A stretch of DNA of 64,000 nt from Octopus bimaculoides (lineage: Eukaryota), in NCBI RefSeq assembly GCF_001194135.2, contig NC_068984.1:15047058-15111057 (forward strand), in the 5' to 3' direction. The position numbers were made by a program, and so were the translations under genes. The notes beneath the pieces were generated by a model, which searched no databases, was not told the origin of the DNA, and saw only the letters and a program-made list of their open reading frames with translations. Positions within the stretch are counted from its first letter, which is position 1; each line of letters begins with the position of its first letter. This document shows, in pieces, positions 25,490 through 38,770 of this stretch.

Positions 25490-25964
25490 TCTCTTTACTC
25501 TTTTACTTGTTTTAGTCATTTGACTGCGGCCATGCTGGGGTACCGCCTTTAGTCGAGCAAATCGACCCCAGGACTTATTCTTTGTAAGCCTAGTACTTAT
25601 TCTATCGATCTCTTTTTGCCAAACCGCTAAGTTACGGGGACGTAAACACACCAGCATCGGTTGTCAAGCGATGGTGGGGGGTCAAATACAGACACACAAA
25701 CACACACACATANNNNNNNNNNNNNNNNNNNNNNNNNNNNNNNNNNNNNNNNNNNNNNNNNNNNNNNNNNNNNNNNNNNNNNNNNNNNNNNNNNNNNNNN
25801 NNNNNNNNNNNNNNNNNNNNNNNNNNNNNNNNNNNNNNNNNNNNNNNNNNNNNNNNNNNNNNNNNNNNNNNNNNNNNNNNNNNNNNNNNNNNNNNNNNNN
25901 NNNNNNNNNNNNNNNNNNNNNNNNNNNNNNNNNNNNNNNNNNNNNNNNNNNNNNNNNNNNNNNN

Positions 25965-25997
<33 letters not shown>

Positions 25998-26163
25998 TAC
26001 GACGGGCTTCTTTCAGTTTCCATCTACCAAATCCACTCACAAGGCTTTGGTCGGTCCGAGGCTATAGTAGAAGACACTTGCCCAAGGTGCCATGCAGTGG
26101 GACTGAACCCGGAACCATGTGGTTGGTAAACAAGCTACTTACCACACAGCCACTCCTGCGCCT
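25490..26163 (-). mobile_element. SINE family B (internal gap); a second partial copy at about 26490-26750
   Basis: Family B consensus on both sides of the N-run. Confidence 0.85.
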
Positions 26164-26717
26164 ATAACCAAATTCCTTTCACCATGCGGTTCACATGTTT
26201 AATGTTCTAAGTTTTAGAAGATGGTTGCAATAAAAACTGGAATTTCAGTTAAAAATAATGAGTGAATTTTTAAATTGAAGTAATCTACGTCTTATTACTT
26301 TCCTGAACGAAAGCTGACCAAGGCTACGCAAAGTGTTACTTTGTTGTAGATACTGCTTAGGTAACATATACATGATGGAACACTAAGCACAAACACACAA
26401 CCAACAAACTCTTTACACATATAAGCTAACAATAAAGTAACAAAAACTGATTTCTTTTTATTTTTTCTTTTGTTTTGCTTAATATATACTCTTTACTCTC
26501 TACTCTTTTACTTGTTTCAGTCATTTGACTTCGGCCATGCTGGAGCACCGCCTTTAGTCGAGGAAATCAACCCCAGGACTTATTCTTTACAAGCCTAGTA
26601 CTTACTCTATCGGTCTCTTTTGCCGAACCGCCAAGTTACGGGGATGCAAACATACCAGCATCGGTTGTCAAGCGATGTTGGGGGGACAGACACAGACACA
26701 TAAACACACACATACAC

Positions 26718-26751
<34 letters not shown>

Positions 26752-27369
26752 NNNNNNNNNNNNNNNNNNNNNNNNNNNNNNNNNNNNNNNNNNNNNNNNN
26801 NNNNNNNNNNNNNNNNNNNNNNNNNNNNNNNNNNNNNNNNNNNNNNNNNNNNNNNNNNNNNNNNNNNNNNNNNNNNNNNNNNNNNNNNNNNNNNNNNNNN
26901 NNNNNNNNNNNNNNNNNNNNNNNNNNNNNNNNNNNNNNNNNNNNNNNNNNNNNNNNNNNNNNNNNNNNNNNNNNNNNNNNNNNNNNNNNNNNNNNNNNNN
27001 NNNNNNNNNNNNNNNNNNNNNGACAATAAGTAAAAGTCCTCTATCAAATTGTTAATTTCACTGCATGCCAAGAAAAACAGTGCCAAGCCGGCCAAATATA
27101 ATCAACAAAGATTAAAAATGATTGAACAGTAAATACTATGTATAAATAGAGAACCAATAACCGGTTGTTGGGGTTGAGGAAAAGCAGCAGTAGGAAGGAA
27201 AAATTAAGCAAAGAAATTTCTTTCTTTTTTTTTTTTTCTGCCAAAGACCATCTCTTTTTATTACATTTTACTTGAAATAACATTCTGAAATGAAATAAGC
27301 ACGGTCCCCAAACAGAACAGTCAACATTTGAGCGCAATTACACACAGACATACCACATGCAGAACTCAC

Positions 27370-27615
27370 CATTCATAAGAGTTTGCGTGCCAACATTATT
27401 TGCATTCCTTGGATGGTTCATACCTGGAAACCTGTGCCTTACTCTGGGCGTTGAGTACTCGTGCACGTCTAGCACCGATGTAGATTCTTGCCAACGTGCT
27501 CGTTGCATCAGATAGCATTTGTATAAAAATCCACAACCCGCAAGGATGAATGCTGTGATTAAACCAATCACGATAAGTATTGTTTTTATTGGTTTCGAAG
27601 GTTTTGGTGGACCAG
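27370..27615 (-). CDS. Exon 4: Pro-rich stalk, transmembrane helix and proximal cytoplasmic tail
   Basis: Acceptor tttttttctttcttttccttag, donor G|gtgagt, 246 nt, phase 1 to 1: (T)GPPKPSKPIKTILIVIGLITAFILAGCGFLYKCYLMQRARWQESTSVLDVHEYSTPRVRHRFPGMNHPRNANNVGTQTLMN. Confidence 0.9.
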
Positions 27616-29304
27616 CTAAGGAAAAGAAAGAAAAAAAATAAAGATCAAATATCAAAGAGATATCTCAACTCATATCATCATTATCATCATCATCATCATC
27701 AATGTTTTTCATCCCCTTTTCCATGCTTCATGGCTTAGACAGAATTTGCTGAGGCAGATTTTCTACAGCCAGATGCTCTTCCTGTTGCCAACCCCTCATC
27801 TATTTCCAGTCAAGGTAGTATATATACTTAGCCAGACATGTTTTCACAGAAGATTTGAAATTAACACCTCTTATATGACAGTGATGCTCATTTACAACCA
27901 TTGCATGATATCAAGAAACAGAAACATCTGCATATACACACACACACACATTTCACAGGCTTCTTTCAGTTTTATTATCATCATTTAACGTCCGTGTTCC
28001 ATGCTAGCATGGGTGGGACGGTAACCACAAGAGCTGGCCAGGCCAAAGCCTACACCAGACTTCTGTAACTGTTTGGTAGGATTTTTACAGCTGGATGCCC
28101 TTCCTAACACCAACCACCCAGCAGAGTGGACTTAGTGCTTTTTACGTGGCACAAGTACAGGTGAAGTCAGTTTTGGTAAGGTTTTTACAGCTGGATGCCC
28201 TTCCGAACACCAACCACTTTACAGTGTGAACTGGATGCTTTTAAGTGGCACCTGCACTGACAGGGTTATCGAGGCATTGGAGGAGGTGATGATGAAAAGG
28301 TTATAGTGAGACAGATACAGGTGTCTTGCTGCAGAGGAAGTACAATGTTACTCACCCAGAGAGAGAAAGGTCAAAGATGAAGACAGAAACAAGTGTAGTG
28401 CCACGAAGAAAATACATGGTTGCCCAACCTGAGGGGAGTGCAGGAGAAAGAGAGAGAAAGAGTGGGAGACTGCAGGATGGAGATGGTGACAAAATGCCAG
28501 GTATACTCAAAAGGAACTGGGATAGAGTATAAATGAGATGATTGAGTAATGGAAGAGAGAGATAGTTGACCAAATCCACTCACAAGGATTTGGTCAGCCC
28601 AAGGCTCTAGTAGAAGACACTTGCGCCCAAGATATAGTCAGACTGAAACAATGTGGCTGGAAGTGAACTTCTTATCCACACAGCCATGCTCCAGAATAAA
28701 CGAAAGATTAATGGTAACCTTTTTATGGTCACAGTTTGCTAAAATGGAACATACAAATAAGATGTGGTCCCTGAACCTATCTAAGAGGACAGTAGTCCTG
28801 AATAACATTTGACTCTGTAGTGACTTAGGCAACCCAGGCCAGCATGGAAAAGTGAACACAACAAAATGATGATGATGATGATGATGTGAAAGTAAAATTT
28901 ACAGTTAAAAATAATTAGAAATATAAACTCTGCTGAAGTCAACTTTGCTTTTCAGCCTTTTGGAATGGATGAAATAAGTACCAGATGAGCAAAGAAGTCA
29001 ATAGAATCAACTAGCCCCCCACACCACCCCAACATTTTAGGCTTGTGTCCACAGCAGAAAGGATTATAATCACTATTATTTTGAGCTGGCAGAATTGTTA
29101 GTATACTGGGCAAAACACTGAGTGGCATTTCCTCCATCTTTATATTCTGAGGTCGACTTTGCCTTTTATCCTTTCGGAGTCAATAAATTAAGTACTGTTG
29201 AGCATTGGAGTCAATGTAATCGATTACCCTCAAAATTGCTGGCCAAAATTTGAACCCATTATTATTACTATTATTATTATTATTAATATTATCATTATTA
29301 TTAT

Positions 29305-29775
29305 CGATGTCACACAGTATACAATATTGTGAGGTTGTTGACTGAAGACATTGTGTTTCCTGGGGGTTTGTACTGTTTGTCAGGTCACAACAAAGACCTC
29401 AGACAGACAGTACTTTACGCAATATGCGTGCAGTTCCAAGTAATGCCGACTTTTGCAATACACCTAGATTGTAGGGTATTTCTAAGGTTTTTGGATGTTC
29501 TTTTCAGATTGGGTGGTATTGAACCCAATGCTCCAATGACAATAGGGATAACCTTTGTGTTCGACTCTCGTAGCTACCACATCGTAATGATCGCAATTCT
29601 CAGGTCTCCATTTCTCGTTCTTTCATAATGATATGTTGATCTCCTAGCACTGTCACGTCAATTATTTGGCATTCTTGTTTGTCCCTCCTAAAAGTTACTA
29701 TAGCTGGTCTCTAATACCTTGTCTGTCTGGAAGTCAAAGTCCCAGAGGATTTTTACTTTCCCCTTTTCTGGTGTA
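29305..29775 (-). mobile_element. Decayed R4/Dong-clade 3' fragment
   Basis: ILWDFDFQTDKVLE...QECQIIDVTVLGDQ with frameshifts; (ATT)n runs at 29259-29304 and 29776-29826. Confidence 0.7.
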
Positions 29776-29778
29776 TTA

Positions 29779-29825
<47 letters not shown>

Positions 29826-30177
29826 GCTACAGTGCACAGATCCTGGGAGATTGATACAGAGTGTTTGCAGGTCTGAAATTAATTAAAGTCAGATTGTTGG
29901 CAGTTCTACAGCAACTTTGGACGTGTTACTAGTTTATTAAACCAGTAACTTTTTCAGTGAGAGCATAGTCATATGAGTATATGTGATTAAAAGACTGAGA
30001 GAAATATAAAGAATTTTGGCTGAATAAATGACAACTTAAAAGAATGACTGAGCTTGAAGTGAGTGGTGGGGGTGGGGAATCAAAGTGAGACTGGTGGTAG
30101 CACTTGATTGACTCACTAAGTAGTAGTTTTCAAAACAAGAAAATAACAGCTTAAAGGAGGAGGAGGAGGCAGAAGAG

Positions 30178-30179
<2 letters not shown>

Positions 30180-30221
<42 letters not shown>

Positions 30222-30480
30222 NNNNNNNNNNGAGAGAGAGAAAGGGAGAGAGAGAAAGAGAGAAAGGGAAAGAGAGAGAGAAAGGGAGAGAGAGAGAGGG
30301 AGGGAGAGAGAGAGAAAGGGAGAGAGAGAAAGGGAAAGAGAGAGAGAAAGGGAGAGAGAGAGAAAGGGAGAGAGAGAGAGAAAGGGAGAGAGAGAGAGAA
30401 CGGGAGAGAGAGAGAACGGGAGAGAGAGAGAAAGGGAGAGAGAGAGAAAGGGAGAGAGAGAGAAAGGGAGAGAGAGAGAG
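30180..30480. repeat. (GA)n / gagagagagaaagg compound purine tract
   Basis: Direct reading; lies in intron 3. Confidence 0.95.
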
Positions 30481-30722
30481 TTTCCTTGGAACACAGAGAA
30501 AGGACAGGTGGAGGAGAGATGGTCAGATAAAGAGACTGTGATTATAATGATGCCAAATACAATTAGAGAAAGTGTCAGTCATTATTTGGTGTTCAAAACA
30601 ACAACACAAAGTGATTACAACAACAACAAAAGTGATAAACATAAACAAAAAAGCATCATTTTTTTTTGTTTTCTTTTTTTTTTGTTTGCTTTTTTTTTGT
30701 TTTTCTTCTTCTTAAAACTCAC

Positions 30723-30855
30723 TTGAAAGGGAAGCATTGATTCTAAAATTGTAGTTCCGAATGTATTTGTCTTCTCGCTGTAATGACAGCATGACATGGT
30801 TGCCTTCGTGGGAGTAAATTTTTCCAGGATTTGGAGATTGGCACGTCAATAAGGC
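30723..30855 (-). CDS. Exon 3: C-terminal part of CUB-like domain
   Basis: Acceptor ttcattcttttttaag, donor A|gtgagt, 133 nt, phase 0 to 1: ALLTCQSPNPGKIYSHEGNHVMLSLQREDKYIRNYNFRINASLS (C...P..I.S.GN...L pattern; NAS sequon). Missed by the ORF track. Confidence 0.9.
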
Positions 30856-32374
30856 CTTAAAAAAGAATGAACACAAATGAATAGAATTAAATGGAAGAAA
30901 AAAAGAAAGAAAAGAGAAACATGATAAAATATGACCAACACAAAAATTCTATTTGATTACTATAAAAAGGAAAATGGATTTAGTTTAAAGAAAAATCAAT
31001 GATTAAAAACAAGTCTTAATTAAAGTACAGTGTTAATGGTGGTCATAATGGTGATAGTGATATGACAGAGATGTTTATGATAGAGTTGTGACATTGTATA
31101 TGATGATGGTGGATGACAACAATGACAATAGCAGCCATGATGCTTACAGTAGTACAACAACAGCAATATATGTCAGTAACAGTGATGACTGTAACACATA
31201 TAGGATTTAACTCCTTAGCACTTAAACAGGCCATATCTGGCACAGATATTTTCCCTCTCTCACTCTGTGGGAGAGAGGCACAAGCACATACACAGACATA
31301 TACACACATGGCAGTAACTTCCACCTACCAAATTCAATCACAAAGCTTCAATGCTAACTATATTCTAACCAGCCGGATCCAACCTTTCACACTTACTCTT
31401 CAATGACATTCTAATAATATACAATCACAACATCAAAATTCTGAAGCTACAAAATAATGCGTGATTAATTTTAAAAAAAAACAATGTGAATGATAAAAGC
31501 ATTACATTTGATTGAATAATCTGAATGCTAAAAGGTTTAAGATGATCTGCAGCTATTTATATTTATAAAATTAACCAAAATTAAACAGTATTTAATATGA
31601 TAATTAAACATGTTGATAGTTAAGGTTTTTGGTGGGAAAGAATAAATCTCATAAGCAGAAAGCAGATTTAATCTATAACTGTTGGTTTAAAATATTAAAA
31701 GTATTACACCAAAATAATCAGATATTAGAGTATATATCAACATCACCACCACCACCATTTAATGTATGTCCTTTCTTCCATACTAGCATGAGTTGGATGG
31801 CTCAACAAGAACTGTGTGCTTAAGAAGCTTATCTCAAGTTCAGTCCCATTGCACGGCACCTTGGCCAAGTGTCTTCTACTATAGCCCTACGCCGACCAAA
31901 GCCTTGTTAGTGGATTTGGTAGAGAGAAACTGAAAAATCATGTGTGTGTGTGTGTGTGTGTGTGTGTATCCTTGTCTTGCCATCACATGATGGTTGTCAG
32001 GAAGTGTCACTGTCATACAAGCAATGTTGTTCTTTTCCAGGTTCTTTTCCCCGTCTTCTGTGGAAATATGTTCAGCCATGGAGAAAACTTTTACCTTCCT
32101 TGGAAGCAGGTAAGGATTGGTGACATGAAGGGCATTTGGCCGTAGGAAATCAGACTCAACAAAGACCGTCTGACCTATGCAAGTGTGGAAAAGTGGATAC
32201 CAAATGATGATGACGATGATGATGACAATATATGGTAAGTACACTCTGTTTGGTCGTTGGTATCAAACAGTACGAAGAATAACTAACACCAATACGTAGT
32301 TTCTTTTATATGTTTCATCCCTAAGGTTGTGGCCATGCTGGGGCACGACCAGTAAAAAAAATCTATACATATAA

Positions 32375-32405
<31 letters not shown>

Positions 32406-32423
32406 CTTCTATATATAATGTCG

Positions 32424-32812
32424 AACGTGGAGGTGCAATGACCCAGTGGTTAGGGCAGCGGACTCACGGTCATAGGATCGCGGCTTCGATTCCCAGACTG
32501 GGCGTTGTGAGTGTTTATTGAGTGAAAACACCTAAAGCTCCATGAGCCTCCTACAGGGGATGGTGGCGAACCCTGCTGTACTCTTTCACCACAACTTTCT
32601 TTCACTCTTACTTCCTGTTTCTGTTGTGCCTGTAATTCAAAGGGTCAGCCTTGTCACACTGTGTCACGCTGAATATCCCCGAGAACTATGTTAAGGGTAC
32701 ACGTGTCCGTGGAGTGCTCAGCCACTTACACGTTAATTTCATGAGCAGGCTGTTCCGTTGATTGGATCAATTGGAACCCTTGTCATCGTAAGCGACGGAG
32801 TGCCAACAACAA
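32424..32812 (+). mobile_element. tRNA-derived SINE, family E
   Basis: Head ggaggtgcaatgacccagtggttagggcagcggactc...ttcgattcccag; tail gacggagtgccaacaacaa. Confidence 0.8.
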
Positions 32813-33114
32813 TAACATCTAACACAAGACATACATTTAATGTGTGCCATTGATTCACTGCTGTATTATTTCATATATCTATCTCACATCTACTTCACAT
32901 ACCTGCCTATATATATAACAAGAAATAAAGAGGATTAATAAATCCAAGCAGATATCTAGAAAGCACTCAGGATTTTTTAACTTCTTTCTATAATCTATAT
33001 ATGCTGGCACAACAGAAATGATCACGGATAATGCATGGTGTAAACATCAATTAAAGATGGGATTTTCTCCATTCTTATTCATGCTGTCAAATACTCTGAA
33101 TTACCTTTATATAT

Positions 33115-33336
33115 ATAAAGAAATAGTTTTATTCTTAAACGCAGGATAATGCTAATAATATAGAATGAACAGGATAAAGTATCCATATTTTGCAGAAAAA
33201 TCTGTCGGCGGCCAGCCATGAGACTGTCTCATGGCTGGCTGCCGACAGATTTTTTTCTGCAAAATATGGATAATTTATCCTGTTCATACTATATTATTAG
33301 CATTATCTTGCGTTTAAAAATAAAACTATTTCCTTA
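33115..33336. repeat. Near-perfect palindrome (about 110-bp arms, 1-nt centre), foldback/MITE-like
   Basis: ataaagaaatagtttt...gccagccatgagac-t-gtctcatggctggc...aaaactatttccttat, centre at 33225. Confidence 0.9.
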
Positions 33337-33430
33337 TCTGTATCTTTTAATACGTCTCAACGCTTGTAAAGCAAACTTTGTTTGTTGACTTTCAATGCAA
33401 GTTGAATTTAATATATATATACATACATAG

Positions 33431-33835
33431 GCACGGGAGTGGCTGTGTGGTAAGTAGCTTGCTTACCAACCACATGGTTCCGGATTCATTCCCACTGCAT
33501 GGCACCTTGGACGAGTGTCTTCTACTATAGCTTCAGGCCGACCAAAGCCTTGTGAGGGGATCTGGTAGATGGAAACTGAAAGAAGCCCGTCGTATGTGTG
33601 TGTGTGTGTGCACGCATGTATATGTTTGTGTGTCTGTGTTTGTCCCCCCAACATCGCTTGACAACTGATAGTGGTGTGTTTACATTCCTGTAACTTAGCA
33701 GTTTGGCAAAAGAGACCGACAGAATAAGTATTAGGCTTACAAAGAATAAGTCGTGGGGTCGATTTGCTCGACTAAAGGCGGTGCTCCAGCATGGCCACAG
33801 TCAAATGACTGAAACAAGTAAAAGAGTAAAAGAGA
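33431..33835 (+). mobile_element. SINE family B
   Basis: Full-length forward copy. Confidence 0.9.
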
Positions 33836-36254
33836 GAGTGTGTGTGTGTGCATATATATATATGTATGTATGTATATATACACACATATACCTGCATTTA
33901 AGCATTTATGCATAAAACTAATTTTAGAAGATAATTTTCAAGTTTGTCAGATAATAATGTGAAGCACACATTTCTATTATGCCATCGATAGATGAATTAG
34001 ATAGATATAGTCTACCAGAACACTACTGTCTATCTTGGACTACGCTATCAAGTGTAACTATCTTTTCCTTAAGATATTAACAACATGATTTGAAAGAAAT
34101 TTGGCCAATTAAGAACAACTGATGAAAACATAGGTAGAAGTGGCAAGGGCCGATCCCATGAGGATGAGTCTTGTGACAACTGGATTCCTTTTGAATCAAA
34201 CCTGTCCAGCCTATGCAAGAATACAAAAGTAGACATGATGATGACGATGATGATGATGTGAATATATTTTGATACTATTAACATAGAAGTTCACTGTAAA
34301 AGAAATTTATATCAAATGAATATTTTCTTTATATATTTTTACAGTAAGAATACAGTAGAAAATATATCTGTTTACTATTACTATAAATCTCACTTGTACA
34401 TCATTCTTTTCAAGCCGCATAGCCTTCAGAGACCATTATCGCAATGCTGTCATGCATTTTAATCCTATCAATTACATTTGACTCTAAATACATTTGATCA
34501 CCAAGGACCTTTTAATCTATTCCCTTTATAACATGACTGCTGCATAGAAAAGGTTCACTTATTACGCCATTGCTCTGGCCTTAACATAATAATGACTTGG
34601 AAGTCAAATTATCCGTTAGCTAAATGAGAATTCGGATGCTGCTATAAATCTGTCCAATATTGGCATCACTTCTCTCTTTCATCCATTCATTCTACTTCAT
34701 ATCCTAGGCATGTTAGTTGATAACAGACAAAATGTTGGTCCTTAACAAGGATCCGTTTACAAAATAATAACAAGCAAGCGGGCAATTGCAAAGTAAATAT
34801 CTCTCCTAACCCCTGAAAAGAGAGGGGGAAGTCTTGCATATTTATAAGGTCAATACTAAACCTTTTCTTTACAGGAAAAGGAATGGAAAATATTGAGAAG
34901 ACTGAAATGGAAAACGCCTACATTGGCTATCAATAGCAATTTCAGAAATTAATTTCCCTTTTACATGAAAGAATTAATTAAACATGATGATATGGCTGAA
35001 GAGCAATAATGAAAGTGGTGTTTGACTACTATTCCATACACTGGACTAAATATATGAAGTTTATTCCATTGCCAATCTAAGACAGCCAAAGAATTTCAGA
35101 AGAATGTAATTTGTTTATTGAATCAATAAAAATCTAACAAAGAAATAGAAACCAGGAAAGACTGACTGTTTTGATAGTTTGAAGTAATTTTGTTTTGGTT
35201 TCAATGCTGGAAACTGCTTTCACATAGAACACAGAGAAGACAGGCTGTGAGGAAATTGATAATTAAAATAATGATGTTCAAGTAATAACATAATTCAGAT
35301 ATAATAAAGAAAAATGGAAGGAAAATAATTTTATACAATTGGAAAACTGGCACAGCCTGTTTTAAGAATAATAGAATAATTTTGAAAATCAAATAAGAAT
35401 TCATATATTCTTCAAAAGCAAACTGTATGCTGAAAAATTCTTAAAATTTCTTATCATTATTATTATAATTAATAAATCCTACATTATATTGTCCAGTGTT
35501 GTCCTCAATCTTTTAGTCAACCTTTTGTAATCAATAAATTTATTTTGTGATGTTTGTATCTTTGTGGCAAATATTTACATGAATGCATGTATGGCTGTGT
35601 GATTAAGAAGCTCACTTTGCAGCAATATGGTTTCTCCTGTTATAGTCCCAGGTCGATGAATGCCGTGAGTGAACATGGTAGACAAACTGTGCAGAAGCCC
35701 ATTTTGCTTGTGTGTGCGTGCATGTGTGTGTTTTTGTCTACCTCCAAACCATTTGACAACCATTGTTGGTGCAGTTCTGCAAAAGAGACCAATAGAGTAA
35801 ATACCAGGCTTAAAAAGTAAGTCCTGGGGTCGGTTTGCTAAGCTCTCTTCAAGGCAGAGCCCCAATATGGACAATGGACACAGCTCAATAACTGAAACAA
35901 GTAAAATGATGAAAAAGGAAGACAGTAATAAGAACAGTAACGTCGTCCTTTATAGGACCGCCACATTCTGTTAGCAAATAAACTTTACTATTCGGTAATG
36001 TTACTGTATACCTCCCGCTGAGAGATTTAAAACAAGTTGTTTTTCCTCTATATGAGATCAGTGACTGTGTGTCGCTTAAAGAATACATAGTGTTTGCAAG
36101 TGGAGAAAGCTTTCATCAACAACCAGTGATTATCTGAGACTGAGGACAGTTAACCACCCAGAAACCATGGTCTGTGAGTATCATGTAAGGCTGGAGATGG
36201 GAGCAAATAATGATAATAATAATAATAATAATAATGGGAGGAATAATAATAATG

Positions 36255-36620
36255 ATAATATGCTGGATCATAGATACAGCATGCCCAGCCGACAACAAGG
36301 TATGCGATAAGGAAGAAAGAAAAGTCGAATGATATGACAGGTTTGCTTGGGAAGTTAAGCAGTTGTGGTCGATGAAAAAGGTGGCAGTAGTACCAATAAT
36401 TGTCGGAGCCCCGGGAACAGTGAGTAAAAATCTTGAGAAGTACATGGAACAAATAGGGGCTGCAATAAAACAGCACTGCTTGGAACCGCTCGAATACTCA
36501 GGAAGGTGCTCGAAAAATAAGATGTTACCTTAGTTCACTGGTAGTGAACAGCTAACACCGTAGTACATCTCCAGCATTAGAAGCTGTGCAAAGGCAATAA
36601 TAATAATAACAATAATCCTT
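36255..36620 (+). mobile_element. Decayed R4/Dong-clade 3' fragment
   Basis: CWIIDTACPADNKVCDKEERKVE*Y...LWSMKKVAVVPIIVGAPG...ALLGTARILRKVLEK*; (AAT)n at about 36207-36255 and 36596-36615. Confidence 0.75.
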
Positions 36621-37525
36621 TCTACTTACAAGGCCTGAAAATTCTGAACAGAGGACTAGTTGATTATATTGACCTCAGAGTTTCACTGACACTTAATTTA
36701 TTGACCCCGAAAGGATGAAAGGCAAAGTTGACCTTAGTGGAATTTGAACTCAGAGCATAATGACAGGCAATATACTGCTAAGCATTTCATTTAGCTTGCT
36801 AATGATTCTGCCAGTTTGTCACCACAAAGGCAATGAATTGGTGGATTAATAATAAAGATAGTGATTATCAAAAATAATGTAAAGTTGTTGTTTTCATAAA
36901 TAAGGATAAGAATGAAAGTTCAGAAAATAATCAGAAAAGAATAAAACCATTTGCATAAAGATAATGGTTGAGGAAGTAAACATGGGAAGAAGACTGTCAT
37001 GTCAGACTGTGAAGCCATTAATACCACTTTTGAACAATTGGAGGTTGGGGGAATCTAATATTTGCAAAGAAAGGAAGAAACAGAAGATTATGAATATTTC
37101 ATTCCATACATATGAGACTGGCTTTACAAGCATGTCAAAATGTTCTAATATTCATAGGTGTGTGTGTGTGTGCGTGTGTGTGTGTGTCTGTCTGTCTGTC
37201 TGTATGTTTGTGTGTGTGTGTGTGTGTAAAGACAGATGATGCATAAGAGATAATTGTACAGAATTCTTTCAAGCTGAACAATCACATATTTCGGTAGCGG
37301 AATTATATCCTTGAGAATAAGTACACATATATGTACATTCATATATGCACGCATGCACACACATACATACACACAAACACATGCATTCATACATACATCT
37401 ACATACATATGTGTGTTTCCAAGTTAAAACAAATAGTTTTATGTGAACATGGGTGTATTTAAGTACAAGCAACCTTTTATATAAATATATAGGTTTGTGT
37501 GTGTGTGTATATGTATGTGTGCATA

Positions 37526-37742
37526 TGAGGGGGTACTGAAAAGTTATTGGCTTTAAGGGCATTGCAAAAGACCTGGTTGGAGGCCCAACCTTCCAAGTTC
37601 TTTTACAGGGTTTAGAAAAACTGAAGGATTGCTGCAATAATTGTGTGAATCTGAGAGGGGAATATGTTGAATAAAATCATAATTAACTAATCCTTCTGTA
37701 TTTTCTTTTACCCAAAGTCAGGAACTTTCCAACACTCCCTCG
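37526..37742 (+). mobile_element. Mariner-derived MITE
   Basis: TA-TGAGGGGGTACTGAAAAGTT...AACTTTCCAACACTCCCTCG TIRs; retains the transposase C-terminus LQGLEKLKDCCNNCVNLRGEYVE*. Confidence 0.8.
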
Positions 37743-37764
37743 TGTATACACACATCATCCTCAT

Positions 37765-38770
37765 TGTTGTCGTCATCATTGTTCAACGTCTGCTTTCCAT
37801 GCTGGCATGGGTTGGACAGTTTGACGGAAGACTGGAAAGCCAGTAGGCTGCACCAGGCTCCAATCTGATCTGGCAAGATTTCTACAGCTGGATGCCCTTC
37901 CTAATGCCAACCACTGAGAGTGTAGTGGGTGCTTTTACGTGCCACCAGCACAGGAGCCACTCTGGTAGTACTGGCATCGACCACGTTCAGATGGTGCTTT
38001 TTATGTGCCACCGGCACAGGGAGCCAGTCAGGTGGCACTGGCATCAACCCACACTTGAATGGTGCTTATTACATGCCACCAGCGCAGGTGCCAGTCAGGC
38101 AGCACTGGCACCAGCCACAAATTATACAAATGTATATGGAGCTTTTATGTATGGTAAATATTATTTTACATTCGATTTTCTCCTTACTGGCATGGGTTTG
38201 ATAGGTCTCCTGAAGCTAATTGTTTTTACCTCCAAATGTATTTTCCCAACTCTTTTAGTTGCCTCTTACCTCATACATTCATATTATTTACTCATTCTAA
38301 AACTAGAAATAATGACACTGTACTAACTTACAATTAATGCATGTGTATATTTCAACTTTGTTTAACGTCCACTTTCCATGCTGGCATGGGCTGGACGGTT
38401 TAACTGAGGACTGGCGAACCAGATGGCTGCACCAGGCTCCAATCTGATCTGGTAAGGTTCCTACAGCTGGATGCCATTCCTAATGCCAACCACTCTGAGA
38501 GTGTAGTGGGTGCCTTTTATGTACCACTGGCATGAGGGCCAGTCAGGCAATACTGGCATTGACCAAGCTCGAATTGTGCTTTTTACATTCCACTAGCACA
38601 GGAGCTCGTCAGACGGCACTGACAATGACCCACACTAGTATGGTGCATTTTATGTGCCACTGGCATGGGACCAGTCATGCGGCACTGGCAACGACTGCAT
38701 TTGAATATTGCATTTTAAATGCTACCGGCATAGGAGCCAGTCAGGTGGCACAGGCAATGGTCACTCTACA
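37765..38770 (-). mobile_element. Two family C elements (about 37765-38130 and 38350-38770)
   Basis: Reverse RTE-type tails plus internal tgccac..gcac repeats. Confidence 0.75.

Noticed and set aside
34394-34423. Possible micro-exon AMRLEKNDVQ with a gtgag donor
   Set aside because: No pyrimidine-rich acceptor, and exons 2 and 3 already join into a continuous domain.
35885-36088. ORF containing ECGGPIKDD (CUB-start-like)
   Set aside because: No donor site; runs into a SINE tail.
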